DNA of 64,000 bases from Acidimicrobiia bacterium (GTDB lineage Bacteria; Acidobacteriota; Terriglobia; Bryobacterales; Bryobacteraceae), in assembly GCA_016871315.1 (NCBI GenBank), contig VFZE01000018.1:35699-99698 (forward strand). The letters are read 5' to 3'. Positions 27,901 through 37,661 of the stretch are shown piece by piece. Numbering within the stretch: the first letter of the stretch is position 1; the number at the start of each line of letters is the position of its first letter. The notes beneath the pieces are model-generated. The model was not told where the DNA came from and ran no database searches. It saw nothing but the letters and a program-made list of their open reading frames with translations. The position numbers were made by a program, and so were the translations under genes.

Positions 27901-28788
27901 GGCCGTGGTGGCGTCCCAGATCGGCGGAGGAAGGCGGGAGCCGTGGCGCCAGACACCTTGGGAACGCATCATGACGTGACCGGAGCGATAGATCATCAGG
28001 ATTTCGCCGGTTGGGGAGATGTCCGCGGTCTGCAAGGAGTCGGCAGGCAATTGCTCGACGCGTCTTGGGGGACGAGAGGCCGTCCAAGACCAGATGCCCA
28101 CCTTATCTTGCGGGGTGCCTATCGAGGCAATTCCTTCCCCCCTGGCGTTCTCGGCGATGGTGCCGAAGCTGAACCCGGCCTTTGTAGGGCTGGAGATGAG
28201 AGTTTCCGGATTCTCAACTCCCCGCAACCGATAGAGGCCCTGCCGGTCCAAAAGCAGGACGGAGTAACGGCCGCGAAATAGACCCTGGACCCTCCACGTC
28301 TGATCATCAGGAAGCGGGAACGGCCGAGTGGTCCCATCCTTTGTCCGAATCGAAAGATGACCGACGCCACGGTGCATGATCACCGTCTCCGGGTCCAACA
28401 CCCCCATGCAGCCGACGCTGGTTGGCAGCTCGATGTGGCGGAACCCGGCCTTGCCTCCTTCGTACAGCTTGCCGACTAGGGTGAACAAGAGCCGCCCATC
28501 CGGCAGTGGACATAGACATTGCGCGGCAACCGGCGGCAGCGCGTCATTCGCCCGCGCGGGATTCCAGCGATAGCCGTCAAACCAGGCCACGCCTTTGGCG
28601 GTGTTCACCCAGGCGGTCCCATCGGTGGTTTCCTCTACCTGCAGGATTTGGTCCGAGGGAAGGCCGGACTCTTCGCCGAAGCGTACCCACCTCCAAGGCT
28701 CCTCAAACAAGTCGGCCGCGGCCAGAGGATAAGCCAGAAGCAAAGAGGCTACGATGGCTGCCGCGTGGACGCGTTTCCGGCTCTTCAC
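24904..28788 (-). CDS. hybrid sensor histidine kinase with periplasmic beta-propeller (Reg_prop/Y_Y_Y-like) sensor, PAS, HisKA, HATPase and receiver
   Basis: Signal peptide and repeated propeller-like segments (G.LWVGT type). TM helix [21 protein letters not shown]-box [14 protein letters not shown] boxes, and C-terminal REC (ILVVEDN...[12 protein letters not shown]...AMTA...K). GTG start with AAGGAG. Confidence 0.9.
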   Translation of the reverse strand: MKSRKRVHAAAIVASLLLAYPLAAADLFEEPWRWVRFGEESGLPSDQILQVEETTDGTAWVNTAKGVAWFDGYRWNPARANDALPPVAAQCLCPLPDGRLLFTLVGKLYEGGKAGFRHIELPTSVGCMGVLDPETVIMHRGVGHLSIRTKDGTTRPFPLPDDQTWRVQGLFRGRYSVLLLDRQGLYRLRGVENPETLISSPTKAGFSFGTIAENARGEGIASIGTPQDKVGIWSWTASRPPRRVEQLPADSLQTADISPTGEILMIYRSGHVMMRSQGVWRHGSRLPPPIWDATTARYRDNGDLWVGTTGGLFLHRSTSQRWTNSVFPFPDNRNSVNALVAGKDGTVLAATAGGLVVRKADGSVSSFDRPGGPSQDAITGVASDEAGNIWISSGSSFAGAWRWNGSRWDHFGAAQGLADLAFHRIQKDSTGRLWFLNTGFSADGIKRESRIFTRHRGQFENWGREQGQGDKGAYAIAEGPDGAFWFATRFGVSRWHNGSWRHWERYGPEGKPGDPTHAFCILVDRNSLVWLGNRANGLSSILPDGSVRNYTTSDGLASNQVWDVQEDIHGTLWVATSAGLSVLRHGELSRFGPKIAPLNLRPVWPILVSASEVCAGTIGSGTYCLDLKATQWPAPRIEIDKPMRQENEILLRWKANSYWGDPPVENIETRHRIDAGPWSGWNLTREVRLHDLQLGERSIDVQARGLLGVPGDPVRLQFRVIPVFYKRPAFFLGASGALLIILALLIDRILRRRRHLRQLEQSEARYRGIVEDQTELICRLEPGGAITFVNDAYCRYFSKDRADLLGRDLYHMLRREEPETLQKALGGLTPESPTWETERSITLNGLTVWQRWIVRAIFNSSGRISEYQCVGRDITDRKRSDEALAEARRRAEQASLAKSEFLATMSHEIRTPLNGIVGMANLMGATPLSPEQAECNDTIRTSADALLVIINDILDLSRIEAGRLVLEINPFDLKQTLAEVLEILAPAARGRELQVSLIYSTGVPRRFLGDSGRIRQIILNLAANAVKFTSAGKVVLRVEAGQGSAGEPRALRISVEDTGIGIPAEKIGVLFKKFSQVDSSPSRRYEGTGLGLAISKSLAELMGGSISVSSQLGVGSTFSVHLSLPLASEARPAPADLVAAVNGQFGETPPPLASRPVILVVEDNAVNRKVAVRLLEKLGYTPEIAVNGAEAVRMAALKQYAAILMDCRMPEMDGYEATFRIRRAQDPARRVPIIAMTANAMHGDPEKCLDAGMDDFLAKPVSLELLQKMLKYWITAQGATRPPLQGRTEPSLRD

Positions 28789-28931
28789 TCTGACTCCTTT
28801 TCGACTTATCGGCGAAACGGCTCCACGACGGGGCTTTACTTTCTGACCGCTGACCCGCAGCTCGAATACCCCCGATTATACACTCAAATAGCGCCGACTT
28901 CTCCGACGATGTTCGTGTATGATCCAGGTAT

Positions 28932-29963
28932 ATGCCGGTTCGTCTTAAGGACATAGCGGAAGACTTGGGCGTTTCCGTCGTCACTGTATCGAAAGTGTTG
29001 CGCGATCACAGGGACATCAGCCAGGCAACAAAGGAGCGTGTCTGGAAGCGGATGAAGGAGCTAAACTACCGCCCGAACCTCGCCGCCCGCGCTCTGGTGA
29101 CCGGACGCACCTTCGCCATCGGGCTGGTGGTGCCCGACTTGACGCACGCCTTCTTTGCGGAAGTGGCCAAGGGTATCACGCGAACGATCCGCGAGCAGGG
29201 CTACAGCCTCATCATCGCCAGCTCCGAGGAAGACGCCGCGCTGGAGGAGCAGGAAGTGGAGCAATTGCTCGCCCGGCAGGTGGATGCTCTCATCCTGGCC
29301 TCTACACGAACGACGGGCAAGCCGCTTGAGGATATCGAAATGCGCCGCGTGCCGTATGTCCTCATCGACCGCAGCTTCCCCGACTGGAAGGCGAATTTTG
29401 TCGGTATGGATGATGTCGAGATCGGGCGCATCGCGACGCGCCACCTGTTGGAATGCGGGTACCGCCGCATCGCGCATGTGGCAGGCCCCAACCGGTCCAC
29501 CGCCGAAGGAAGGCGGAAAGGCTACTTGTCGGCATTGGCCGAGCAAGGCATAGAGGCCCCGGATGGATACATCGCCTTCGGGCGCACCGGGGACGATGCC
29601 GGAGACGAAAGCGGTTACGCGGCGATGCGAAACCTGCTGCAACTCGATCCGCGCCCCGATGCGGTCTTCTGCTTCAACGATCCCATCTGCATGGGCGCCC
29701 TGCAGGCGATCCTGGAGGCGGGTCTGGAAATCCCGCGCGACGTGGCGCTCATCGGCTGCGGCAATGTACGGCACACCGAGCTTCTCCGCGTGCCCCTATC
29801 CACCGTCGACCAGGACGCCGATACGCTCGGTCAGCGCGCGGCCGAACTTGCCCTGGCGTTGATCGAAAGCAAGGCAAACGAAGAACCGGCTCCGGAACCG
29901 CGCCGCTTGCTGGTGGAGCCGCGGCTGGTGGCGCGGCAATCTACGCTGGGGCCTCGGGAATAG
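28932..29963 (+). CDS. LacI family transcriptional regulator
   Basis: N-terminal HTH RLKDIAEDLGVSVVTVSKVLRD...YRPNLAARAL followed by a periplasmic-binding-protein-like core. Confidence 0.9.
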   Translation: MPVRLKDIAEDLGVSVVTVSKVLRDHRDISQATKERVWKRMKELNYRPNLAARALVTGRTFAIGLVVPDLTHAFFAEVAKGITRTIREQGYSLIIASSEEDAALEEQEVEQLLARQVDALILASTRTTGKPLEDIEMRRVPYVLIDRSFPDWKANFVGMDDVEIGRIATRHLLECGYRRIAHVAGPNRSTAEGRRKGYLSALAEQGIEAPDGYIAFGRTGDDAGDESGYAAMRNLLQLDPRPDAVFCFNDPICMGALQAILEAGLEIPRDVALIGCGNVRHTELLRVPLSTVDQDADTLGQRAAELALALIESKANEEPAPEPRRLLVEPRLVARQSTLGPRE

Positions 29964-31437
29964 CCCCCGCCGGCTGAGACTCGGCAGTGGCCGCTGGTTC
30001 CGGCTGCGCAAGGAACGGCACTCGCACCGCTTCATCCAGGGCGCGCAGCCCGCGCGGAACCGAATCCACGGGCTCCGGCGAAAAGATCGTGTCGCCGGAG
30101 GCCGCGCCCAGCCGCTGGAAGCGGCGCGCGGCAGGAAGCACGCTGGTCTCAAGCGATGCGGCTGTTTTGTTGTAGCAATCCACCGTTCTCTGCAGTCCGC
30201 GGCGCACATCGTCCAGCTGGCCGGTGAAGGCGAGCAGACGGTCATAGAGAATGTGGCCCAGTCCGCTGATCTCGCGCGCGTTTCCGGCAAGGACGTTCTG
30301 CTGCCAGCCGAAGCACACGGACTTCAGCAGCGCGATCAGCGTAGCCGGGGTCGCCAGTAGCACGCCGCGCACCGCTCCCCATTCCATCAGTTCCGGGTCC
30401 TGCTCCAGCGCCGCGGCGAAAAACGGCTCCGATGGCAGAAACGCGATGATGAACTCCGGCTCCGCCGAGAACTGCGCGCGGTAGGGACGGCTGGCAAGGT
30501 AGCCAACGTGGACGCGAAGCTGCGCGGCATGGTCGCTCAGCTTTTCCCGGCGCGCCTCCCCGTCCAGCTCCAGCGCTTCCAGGAACTGCTGCTGAGGAAC
30601 CTTGGCCTCGACAGCCACCAGGCGGCGGTTGGGAAGATGAACCACGAGGTCGGGACGCTGGATTCCGTCGGCGGTTTCATGGACAGGCAGGTTTTCAAAA
30701 TCGCAGTGTTCCACCATGCCGGCCAGTTCCACCACCCGCCTTAGCTGCACCTCGCCCCAGTTTCCCCGCACCGGCGCGCGCAGCGCATGGAACATGCCCG
30801 CCGTCTTCCGCCGCAATTCGCTCTGTCCGGCGGCCAGCTCATGGATCTGTTCGAGCAGCGTCGAGTAAGCGGCGCCGCGGCTCGACTCCAGTTCGGCGAC
30901 GCTGGCGCCCACCTTTTCGAGCGCCGTCAGTATCGGTTGAGTCAACGCATCCATCGTGGAGGCTGGCGCTTCTGCGGCGTTGCCTTGAGCCGCCTTCAGC
31001 GCCATGTTTTCCAGACGGATAGATTCCCCCTCGCTCAGTTGCCCCTCCAGCGCCTGAATGCGCTCGCCCATACCGGAGCGCACGTTTTCCAGCAGGTTGA
31101 CTTGAGCCTCCTGAATCAGCGCGATCTTCTCCTCCGACTGTTTCCTCAATGTCTCCAACCTGGCATCGGCATCGGCCTGCGCGGCTTTCAGCAACGCGTT
31201 CTCCTCGCGCAACTTGTTGGCCGCCTCGGTGTGCTGGCCTTTTTCCTCCAGTACCTCGTTGATGCGGGTCTGGATGCTGTTCAACCTTTCCTCCAGCTGC
31301 GCGCGTTCCTTTTCCCCCTCCGACTTTCCTCGGGCATAAATGTTGGAGCGTTCCCCTCGGAAAAACATGGTGGAGACCATGAACCCGAAGACGACTCCGG
31401 CAATGGTGCTCACAAGGAGCAGAACTAGACTATCCAA
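29941..31437 (-). CDS. rmuC: DNA recombination protein RmuC
   Basis: N-terminal TM helix, a long coiled coil, then RGNWGEVQLRRVVELAGM...PDLVVHLPNRRLVAVEAKVP (nuclease-like core). TTG start is preceded by GGAGGTGA. Confidence 0.85.
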   Translation of the reverse strand: MDSLVLLLVSTIAGVVFGFMVSTMFFRGERSNIYARGKSEGEKERAQLEERLNSIQTRINEVLEEKGQHTEAANKLREENALLKAAQADADARLETLRKQSEEKIALIQEAQVNLLENVRSGMGERIQALEGQLSEGESIRLENMALKAAQGNAAEAPASTMDALTQPILTALEKVGASVAELESSRGAAYSTLLEQIHELAAGQSELRRKTAGMFHALRAPVRGNWGEVQLRRVVELAGMVEHCDFENLPVHETADGIQRPDLVVHLPNRRLVAVEAKVPQQQFLEALELDGEARREKLSDHAAQLRVHVGYLASRPYRAQFSAEPEFIIAFLPSEPFFAAALEQDPELMEWGAVRGVLLATPATLIALLKSVCFGWQQNVLAGNAREISGLGHILYDRLLAFTGQLDDVRRGLQRTVDCYNKTAASLETSVLPAARRFQRLGAASGDTIFSPEPVDSVPRGLRALDEAVRVPFLAQPEPAATAESQPAGAIPEAPA

Positions 31438-31519
31438 GGATCACCTCCCAAACTACTCCGTGGTAGTACTATCGGCCGCGGCCCGGGAAAAGATTACGGC
31501 GCTGTATATAATTCAAGCT

Positions 31520-32764
31520 ATGAATACACAGAGTTTGACGCGGCGCCAGTTTCTCGGGACGGCGGCTGGGGCCTCCTTCCTTTCCGGTTACCACCGCCTG
31601 GCCGCTGCCGGGAAAGGCCGGGCCAAAATCACGGATCTTCAGGTCATGGTTCTTCAGGGCCCGGACCGCAACTACACGCTGGTCAAGGTGCTAAGCGACT
31701 CGGGCCACTTCGGGATCGGCGAAGCCTACGGCAGTCCCGGAGCGGGCGTTAAACAGCAGGTGTTGGCGCTGAAACCATTGCTGGTGGGCAAGGATCCGCT
31801 GGAGATCGATACCATCTACGTTGGCTTCGGGCGCCACGCGGATGGCTCGGCCCACATGTTCATGCGGGCAGTGAGCGGGATTGAGATGGCGCTGTGGGAC
31901 TTGGCGGGCAAGATCCTGGGCGTGCCGTCGACAACTCTGCTGGGCGGCGCCTTCCGCAAGAAGGTGCGTGTGTATGATCACGCCGCGCCGCGTAACATGC
32001 TGGACAAGTCGAGCTGCAAGGAGTGGGCCGATCGGGTGCGGGCCTCCAAGAGCGGCTTTACCTGTCACAAGTTCGGCTTCCCTCACACCACGCAAGCCAA
32101 CGATCCGGCGCGGGACCTGGCCAACCGCGTGCTCACCACCAAGGAGCTGATGCAGGTCCGGCAAGGATTTGAAAATTGCCGCGAGGCGATCGGCTGGGAT
32201 CACGACATCATGGTGCACTGCCACTGGGAGTACGATCAGCGAACCGCGATGCAGATTGCCGAAGCTGTCGCGCCGATCAAGCCGGTCTGGCTGGAAGATC
32301 CGCTCCAGGTGGAATATACCGAGGGCTGGAAGCGGCTGTGCTCATCGACAAGCGTGCCCATCTGCACCGGGGAAAACCTGTTCCGCCGCCACGGCTTCAA
32401 GGACTTCATCGTCAACCAGGGATGCGACATCCTGCACCCGGACCTTCGCAACTCCGGCGGATTCCTGGAAACCAAGCGGATTGCCGACATGGCGGAGGTG
32501 TTCGGCCTTCCCATGGCGACCCATAACACCGGATCGCAGGTCTGCACTTGGTCGACCATTCAATGGGGCGCATCGATCCGCGATTTTCTGGCCTGCGAGA
32601 CGGTCACCGGAAATGGCGGCTGGATGGATCAGGTGCTGCTCCTCGATGGACCCTATATCAAGGACGGCTACATCGAGCTGCCCAACAAACCGGGGCTCGG
32701 CATCAGTCTGAATCCGGACGTGGTGAAGGCGCACCTGGCCACTGGTGAGCCGTGGTGGGGATGA
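31520..32764 (+). CDS. enolase superfamily (mandelate racemase/muconate lactonizing; galactonate/mannonate dehydratase-like) enzyme with Tat-type signal
   Basis: Twin-arginine N-terminus LTRRQFLGTAAGASFL. GIGEAYG, IMVHCHWEY (metal ligand region), VWLEDP, and C-terminal DGYIELPNKPGLGISLN. Start set at the internal ATG (M61 of the ORF). Confidence 0.85.
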   Translation: MNTQSLTRRQFLGTAAGASFLSGYHRLAAAGKGRAKITDLQVMVLQGPDRNYTLVKVLSDSGHFGIGEAYGSPGAGVKQQVLALKPLLVGKDPLEIDTIYVGFGRHADGSAHMFMRAVSGIEMALWDLAGKILGVPSTTLLGGAFRKKVRVYDHAAPRNMLDKSSCKEWADRVRASKSGFTCHKFGFPHTTQANDPARDLANRVLTTKELMQVRQGFENCREAIGWDHDIMVHCHWEYDQRTAMQIAEAVAPIKPVWLEDPLQVEYTEGWKRLCSSTSVPICTGENLFRRHGFKDFIVNQGCDILHPDLRNSGGFLETKRIADMAEVFGLPMATHNTGSQVCTWSTIQWGASIRDFLACETVTGNGGWMDQVLLLDGPYIKDGYIELPNKPGLGISLNPDVVKAHLATGEPWWG

Positions 32765-32813
32765 ACTTGAACATTTCTTGCCAAAGAGGTTGACCGGAAA
32801 AGGGAAGTCTCTT

Positions 32814-33242
32814 ATGATGACAGTGCCCGGACTGGAAGGGCTTGAGCGAGCCCCCCGCCCGGCGGACCCTGTTATGGATCTCCGAACCGCACACTCCCCC
32901 GGCGGCGGCTCCCACCAAGCCGGCCAACTCAATCTGGAGGCCCGCCGCACCGGCGCAGGACTCACGCTGGAAGAGATTGCAGAGCGCACAAAAATCAGCA
33001 TGCGCCATTTGCGGGCGATCGAAAGCGAACATTTCCACTTGCTGCCAGGCGGCATCTTCCAGATCAGTTACTTGAAGCAGTATGCCGAGGCGATCGGCTG
33101 CGGCGCTGAAGAGCTGCTGGAGGCGGCCGGTTGTGTCAGGAGGGGACCTGGCGGGGAGGCGGAACTGGCCGAAAAGCGGCTCAGCCAGCGCAGCGCTTGG
33201 CGGAGGCCGTTTTTGCTGGGCGTGGGGCGCATACAACGGTAA
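32814..33242 (+). CDS. helix-turn-helix (HTH_25 / RodZ N-terminal-like) protein
   Basis: GLTLEEIAERTKISMRHLRAIESEHFHLLPGGIFQISYLKQYAEAIG. Start is uncertain (ORF opens at 32745, ATG ATG at 32814). Confidence 0.5.
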   Translation: MMTVPGLEGLERAPRPADPVMDLRTAHSPGGGSHQAGQLNLEARRTGAGLTLEEIAERTKISMRHLRAIESEHFHLLPGGIFQISYLKQYAEAIGCGAEELLEAAGCVRRGPGGEAELAEKRLSQRSAWRRPFLLGVGRIQR

Positions 33243-33281
33243 ACGGTTGAAGAAAAAGGGGTAGAGCGGGGGAGATTTATC

Positions 33282-33309
33282 TAAACTACACGAGTGTCCG
33301 CGTCGATAA
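33282..33309 (+). promoter_or_regulatory. candidate sigma28 (FliA)-type promoter upstream of flgM
   Basis: TAAA-16 nt-GTCGATAA, compared with the consensus TAAA-N15-GCCGATAA, lying 37 nt upstream of the flgM ATG. Confidence 0.35.
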
Positions 33310-33345
33310 GGAGGTTGTGAGGGACCGGAGAAAAGGCAGGAAACC

Positions 33346-33645
33346 ATGAAAATCGACCACACAAATGTAGGGGGCGCCGGGGCCAGCGCAAGTGATTCAG
33401 CGGCGCTGCACCGCATCCAACAGGCGGGTCAGGCGGGTTCCGGCCCGGAGAAAACGCAGGCCGGAGGCGCCGGCGACAAGATCGAAATCTCGGAGCTCGG
33501 TCAGCGGCTGCGGATGCTCGCCGTGGAATCGCCGGAACGCGCAGCGCGGCTGGAGCAGCTCTCCAAACTTGTGGAAAGCGGCCGATACGAGGCCGACAGC
33601 GAGGGATTGAGCCAGCGCCTGATCGAGGACGCACTAGGCGGTTGA
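33346..33645 (+). CDS. flgM: anti-sigma-28 factor FlgM
   Basis: 99 aa with a Gly/Ala/Ser-rich disordered N-terminus. C-terminal RAARLEQLSKLVESGRYEADSEGLSQRLIEDAL matches the FlgM sigma-binding helices. Sits upstream of flgK and flgL. Confidence 0.7.
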   Translation: MKIDHTNVGGAGASASDSAALHRIQQAGQAGSGPEKTQAGGAGDKIEISELGQRLRMLAVESPERAARLEQLSKLVESGRYEADSEGLSQRLIEDALGG

Positions 33646-33657
33646 AGGAGTGCGGAA

Positions 33658-34032
33658 ATGCAGTGGCCTGGCGCAGAGCGGTTTTGTGGCCACCTGGAAC
33701 AGGTGCGCGACAATTTGCTGAAGCCAACTACGGAGAGCCTGGAGGCCAGTCTGCCCTTGTTGCAGGAAGTAGTCGGCCAACTGCAGCTGTTGCGCGCCAG
33801 TCTCGGTCAGGGGGTAGCAAAGCCGGCCGGCGGCGAGGCGCCCAGGGCCGAGTTGAGAAAGGGGCTGGAAGCTGCGCGGGATCTCTCCGGCCAGATCAGC
33901 CGGTTGCTCCACCAGGCGGGAAAATCGGAACTGGAATGGGGGCGCATGCTGCTGGCCTCGCACGGGGGCTATAAGCAGGACGGTGCGGAAACGGAGCTGA
34001 GGGTGCCGCCGACAATGAGGGCGGAAGGGTAA
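33658..34032 (+). CDS. hypothetical helical protein in the FlgN (FlgK/FlgL chaperone) position
   Basis: Assignment rests on position between flgM and flgK, size (124 aa) and leucine-rich helical composition. No diagnostic motif. Confidence 0.35.
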   Translation: MQWPGAERFCGHLEQVRDNLLKPTTESLEASLPLLQEVVGQLQLLRASLGQGVAKPAGGEAPRAELRKGLEAARDLSGQISRLLHQAGKSELEWGRMLLASHGGYKQDGAETELRVPPTMRAEG

Positions 34033-34052
34033 GCGCTAAGGCGGACAAACGA

Positions 34053-35414
34053 ATGGGCAGCATATTCAGTTCGCTCGTCACGGTTGCCAACTCGCTGACC
34101 ACGATGGAGAAGGCGCTCAACGTTGTTTCCAACAACGTCACCAACGCCAAGACGCCGGGCTTTGCGCGTCAGAACATGAACTTCATCGCCATGCGGTTCG
34201 ACCCTGCCGGCGGGTTGACCGGCGGCGTCGATGCGGGCCAGCTGATCTCCAGCCGCCGCGCCCATCTCGAACAAGGCGTTTATGCGCAGTCTCAGCGCTT
34301 CGGGCGCTTTTCGCAAACCTCGCAAAGTCTTTCGCGGGTTGAGCCCATCTTTGACATTTCGCAGCAGTCTGGCCTGGCCGCATCCATTGACCGGCTGTTT
34401 CACAGCTTTTCTCAATTGTCGGTGACGCCAAACGATGCATTGGCGCGGCAGGGGGTGATCCGCAGCGCGCAGGGTGTGGCCTTCGCGTTTAACCAGACGA
34501 CCGCGGCGCTCGGCGATGCCGCCGCGCAGGCCGATGGGGAGTTGCGCGGGAGCATTGACGCCATCAATCGCGTGGGGCAGGCAATTCGGAATCTCAACGT
34601 GGAGCTGCGGGAAGACTCACGGCGGCTGCAGGATCCGGGGCTGGACGCGCAGATCCACGCCGCGTTGGAGCAGCTGTCGGAATTCACCGACTTCACCATC
34701 CTACGGGGTGAGGATGGCTCCTTCGGGGTCTACCTGGGAGGGCAGACGCCGCTGGTGATCGGCGACAAGTTCTTCCCGGTGTCGGGCGATTTTTCCGGCG
34801 ACACGCCGATCCTGCGCGACTTGATGGGTAACGACATCAGCGGGCAGATCCGCCAGGGGCGTGTGCGCGCTTTCATCGACTTGCGCGCCGGCTTCCTGCC
34901 CCAGCTGCAAACCGATCTCGACTTTCTGGCCCAAAGCCTGGCGGACCGCATCAATCAAACTTTGCTGAACGGCGTGGACCAGAACGGACAGACGCCGGCG
35001 CTCGATCTGTTCACTTATGACTCCTCGATCGGCGCGGCGGCAACGCTGGCGGTCAACTCGATCGAGCCGCACGAGCTGGCGGCTGCCACCGTCGAGGCGC
35101 CCGGAGGCAACGGAAACGCGCTGAATCTGGCCGCCCTTTCCACGGGCCGCCTGGTGAATGACTTCACCTTTTCGCAATACTACGGCCGCATCGCCGGCCA
35201 TGTCGGCCGGTCGCTGTCCAACGCTCGCGACGATGAGCGGGCGCATGCGCTGCTGCTCAGCCAGGCGCGGACCCTGCGGGCGGAGACATCCGAGGTGTCC
35301 CTGGATGAGGAGGCCGCCAAGCTGATTGCCTTTCAGCGCGCCTACCAAGCCTCGGCAGAGCTGGTGAGAGTGTTGAATTCGCTGACGGAAGTCATGCTGG
35401 GATTGATCCGGTAG
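34053..35414 (+). CDS. flgK: flagellar hook-associated protein 1
   Basis: N-terminus L..ALNVVSNNVTNAKTPGFARQ and C-terminus VSLDEEAAKLIAFQRAYQASAELVRV are the conserved flagellar rod/hook terminal helices of FlgK. Confidence 0.9.
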   Translation: MGSIFSSLVTVANSLTTMEKALNVVSNNVTNAKTPGFARQNMNFIAMRFDPAGGLTGGVDAGQLISSRRAHLEQGVYAQSQRFGRFSQTSQSLSRVEPIFDISQQSGLAASIDRLFHSFSQLSVTPNDALARQGVIRSAQGVAFAFNQTTAALGDAAAQADGELRGSIDAINRVGQAIRNLNVELREDSRRLQDPGLDAQIHAALEQLSEFTDFTILRGEDGSFGVYLGGQTPLVIGDKFFPVSGDFSGDTPILRDLMGNDISGQIRQGRVRAFIDLRAGFLPQLQTDLDFLAQSLADRINQTLLNGVDQNGQTPALDLFTYDSSIGAAATLAVNSIEPHELAAATVEAPGGNGNALNLAALSTGRLVNDFTFSQYYGRIAGHVGRSLSNARDDERAHALLLSQARTLRAETSEVSLDEEAAKLIAFQRAYQASAELVRVLNSLTEVMLGLIR

Positions 35415-35427
35415 AGGAGACAAGAAC

Positions 35428-36333
35428 ATGATTCGAGGACCTGACGCGCGCAGTGACAAATTTCTGACCGATCTGGCCAACATCACGCGCCGTTTGGAGC
35501 GGGCGCAGAATCAGATCACTTCCGGACGGCGCATCAACCGTGTTTCCGATTCTCCCGATGAGGTTTCGCGGCTGCTCCAGATCCGCACCGAGCTGGCCTC
35601 CACCGTCCAGATCCGGTTCAACCTGGGGCGCGTGCAGGCGGAGGTGGACGCGGCCGAACAGGCGCTGAATCACTCGGTGGGATTGCTCGACCGTGTCGTG
35701 ACCCTGGGCACGCAGGGCGGAACCGATCTGGTGAGCGCCACCGAACGTCAGGCCTTGAGCTTTGAGGTGGGAACGATCCTGGAACAGCTGGTGACCGCGG
35801 CGGCAACAGTGGTGGAGGGCCGCTACATTTTCTCCGGCGACAACGACCTCACGGCGCCCTATGCCCTGGACCTGGACTTGTTTGACCCGTTCAGCGCTTA
35901 CCAGGGCTCTGCCTCTACGCGGCAGTCGCAGCATCCCAGCGGCTGGCGGTTCTCTCTGGCGGCGACTGCCGAAGACATCTTTGACAACGCCGGGCCCGGA
36001 GCCAGCGTCTTCCGCTCGGTCAACAACCTCCGCCATGCGCTGGCGGCCAACGATACGCAGGCGACGCTGGAGGCGCTCGCGGAAGTGCGCGGCGCCATGG
36101 TGCACCTCAACAACAAACATGCCTTCTACGGCACCGTGCAGAACCAGGTGCGGGAGGCGGTGAATTACTCCCACCAACAGGAGTTGCGCCTGAATGAGCA
36201 GCTCAGCCAGTTGCAGGACGCTGATCTGACGGCGGCAATCCTCGAGCTGAACCAGGCGCAGTTCAATCAGAATGCGGCGCTCCGGGCCGAGGGCTTACGG
36301 GCGAATCTGAGCCTGTTTGACTACCTGCGCTGA
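35428..36333 (+). CDS. flgL: flagellar hook-associated protein 3 (flagellin-fold)
   Basis: N-terminus RLERAQNQITSGRRINRVSDSP and C-terminus DADLTAAILELNQAQFNQNAALRA. Follows flgK. Confidence 0.85.
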   Translation: MIRGPDARSDKFLTDLANITRRLERAQNQITSGRRINRVSDSPDEVSRLLQIRTELASTVQIRFNLGRVQAEVDAAEQALNHSVGLLDRVVTLGTQGGTDLVSATERQALSFEVGTILEQLVTAAATVVEGRYIFSGDNDLTAPYALDLDLFDPFSAYQGSASTRQSQHPSGWRFSLAATAEDIFDNAGPGASVFRSVNNLRHALAANDTQATLEALAEVRGAMVHLNNKHAFYGTVQNQVREAVNYSHQQELRLNEQLSQLQDADLTAAILELNQAQFNQNAALRAEGLRANLSLFDYLR

Positions 36334-36338
36334 GGCGG

Positions 36339-37661
36339 ATGGGTCCGGCAAAGGGTTCCGGCGCGGCAATGATGGTCCGCGGGCCACGCGGCGTGGCGGC
36401 CGCGCTGGGTCTCATCGCGATGGTTGCCGTGTTGGCCTCCGCGCATGGCTGGCCAATGAAGGCGATGCTTGCCGCCGGCTGCGTGTTCGCCGTCTGGCTG
36501 TTATGGCTCAGCCTGCCTGGGCAGGCGGAGGCGCGCGCGGCGCCGGACGGCGGGGAGGAGTTTGGCGCCCTGTTTGAGTCGGCCCCGGCGGCGATGGTGA
36601 TGCTGGAGCCGAACGGGATGATGCAGCGCGCCAACCAGGCCTTCTCCAAGTGGCTCGGTTATAACGGCCGGGAACTGCTGCGGCGCAACTGGTGGAATCT
36701 GCTCGATTCCGAAGATCTGCGCGAGAGCATGGCCGCAACCGGGCGGTTGCTGGACGGTAAGGAGGATCTGGTGCAGTGGGACGCGCGCTTCCGCTCGCGC
36801 ACCGGAGCGCTTGTGTGGGCGCATGTACGGCTGGCGCGCTTCGGGGATCTCGTGTTGGCGCAGATCGTGGACACCAGCCGTCGCATGGAGAGCGAACAGA
36901 ACGTGCGGCGTCTGAACCGGGAGCTTGAGCAACGGGTGAATGAACTGACGGCTCTGCACCAGGAGGTGGCTTCCTTCACCAATTCCATCACCCATGATCT
37001 TCGGGCTCCGCTTCGCCAAGTACAGGCCTTTTCCAGGATCCTGATGGAGGAGCATGCCGCTGGTATGGGAGGTCCCGGCTGGCAGGCCCTGGAGCGGGTT
37101 TCTCAAGCCGCCCGTCAGATGAACCGCATGCTGGATGACTTGGCCGAGTTCGCCCGGCTGGGCCGTCACCCGATGACAACGGTGGCCTGTGATCTGGCGG
37201 CGCTGGCGCGGCAGGTGATCGGCGGATTGGAATCCGATTGCGCCGGCAGAACGGTGGAGTGGCGCGTGGGAGCCTTGCCGTTTGCGGACTGTGATCCCGT
37301 CATGGCCCACCAGCTCCTGGAGAACTTGCTGGCCAACGCGGTGAAATTCACGCGGCGGCAGGAGACTGCCGTGATCGAAGTGGGGAGCGAGGAGCGCACG
37401 GAGGGAACAGTATTCCACGTGCGGGACAACGGGGTAGGATTTCCCGCCAGGGCCTCGGACCGTCTTTTTGGCCTATTCCAGCGGCTGCACCGGCAGGAGG
37501 ATTTCGAGGGTACCGGGGTAGGACTGGCCAGCGTGAGGCGCATTGTGGAACGCCACGGGGGAAGAATTTGGGCCGAATCGGAGCTGGGATGCGGAGCGGC
37601 GTTTTACTTTACGCTTTCCGGGCCGATGAGAAAGGAGAACCTAGACGAAGCAGCACAGTGA
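36339..37661 (+). CDS. membrane sensor histidine kinase (2 TM, PAS, HisKA, HATPase)
   Basis: Two N-terminal TM helices, a PAS region, H-box ITHDLRAPLRQV, N box LLANAVKFT and G boxes DNGVGF / GTGVGLA. Confidence 0.9.
   Translation: MGPAKGSGAAMMVRGPRGVAAALGLIAMVAVLASAHGWPMKAMLAAGCVFAVWLLWLSLPGQAEARAAPDGGEEFGALFESAPAAMVMLEPNGMMQRANQAFSKWLGYNGRELLRRNWWNLLDSEDLRESMAATGRLLDGKEDLVQWDARFRSRTGALVWAHVRLARFGDLVLAQIVDTSRRMESEQNVRRLNRELEQRVNELTALHQEVASFTNSITHDLRAPLRQVQAFSRILMEEHAAGMGGPGWQALERVSQAARQMNRMLDDLAEFARLGRHPMTTVACDLAALARQVIGGLESDCAGRTVEWRVGALPFADCDPVMAHQLLENLLANAVKFTRRQETAVIEVGSEERTEGTVFHVRDNGVGFPARASDRLFGLFQRLHRQEDFEGTGVGLASVRRIVERHGGRIWAESELGCGAAFYFTLSGPMRKENLDEAAQ

Noticed and set aside
24904-28788. 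Hybrid kinase with a Reg_prop/Y_Y_Y-like propeller, considered as a Bacteroides-type hybrid two-component system (HTCS) controlling a polysaccharide locus
   Set aside because: - No C-terminal AraC-type DNA-binding domain follows the receiver.
- No SusC/SusD or glycoside hydrolase genes lie adjacent.
- I treat it as an ordinary hybrid sensor kinase with a propeller sensor.
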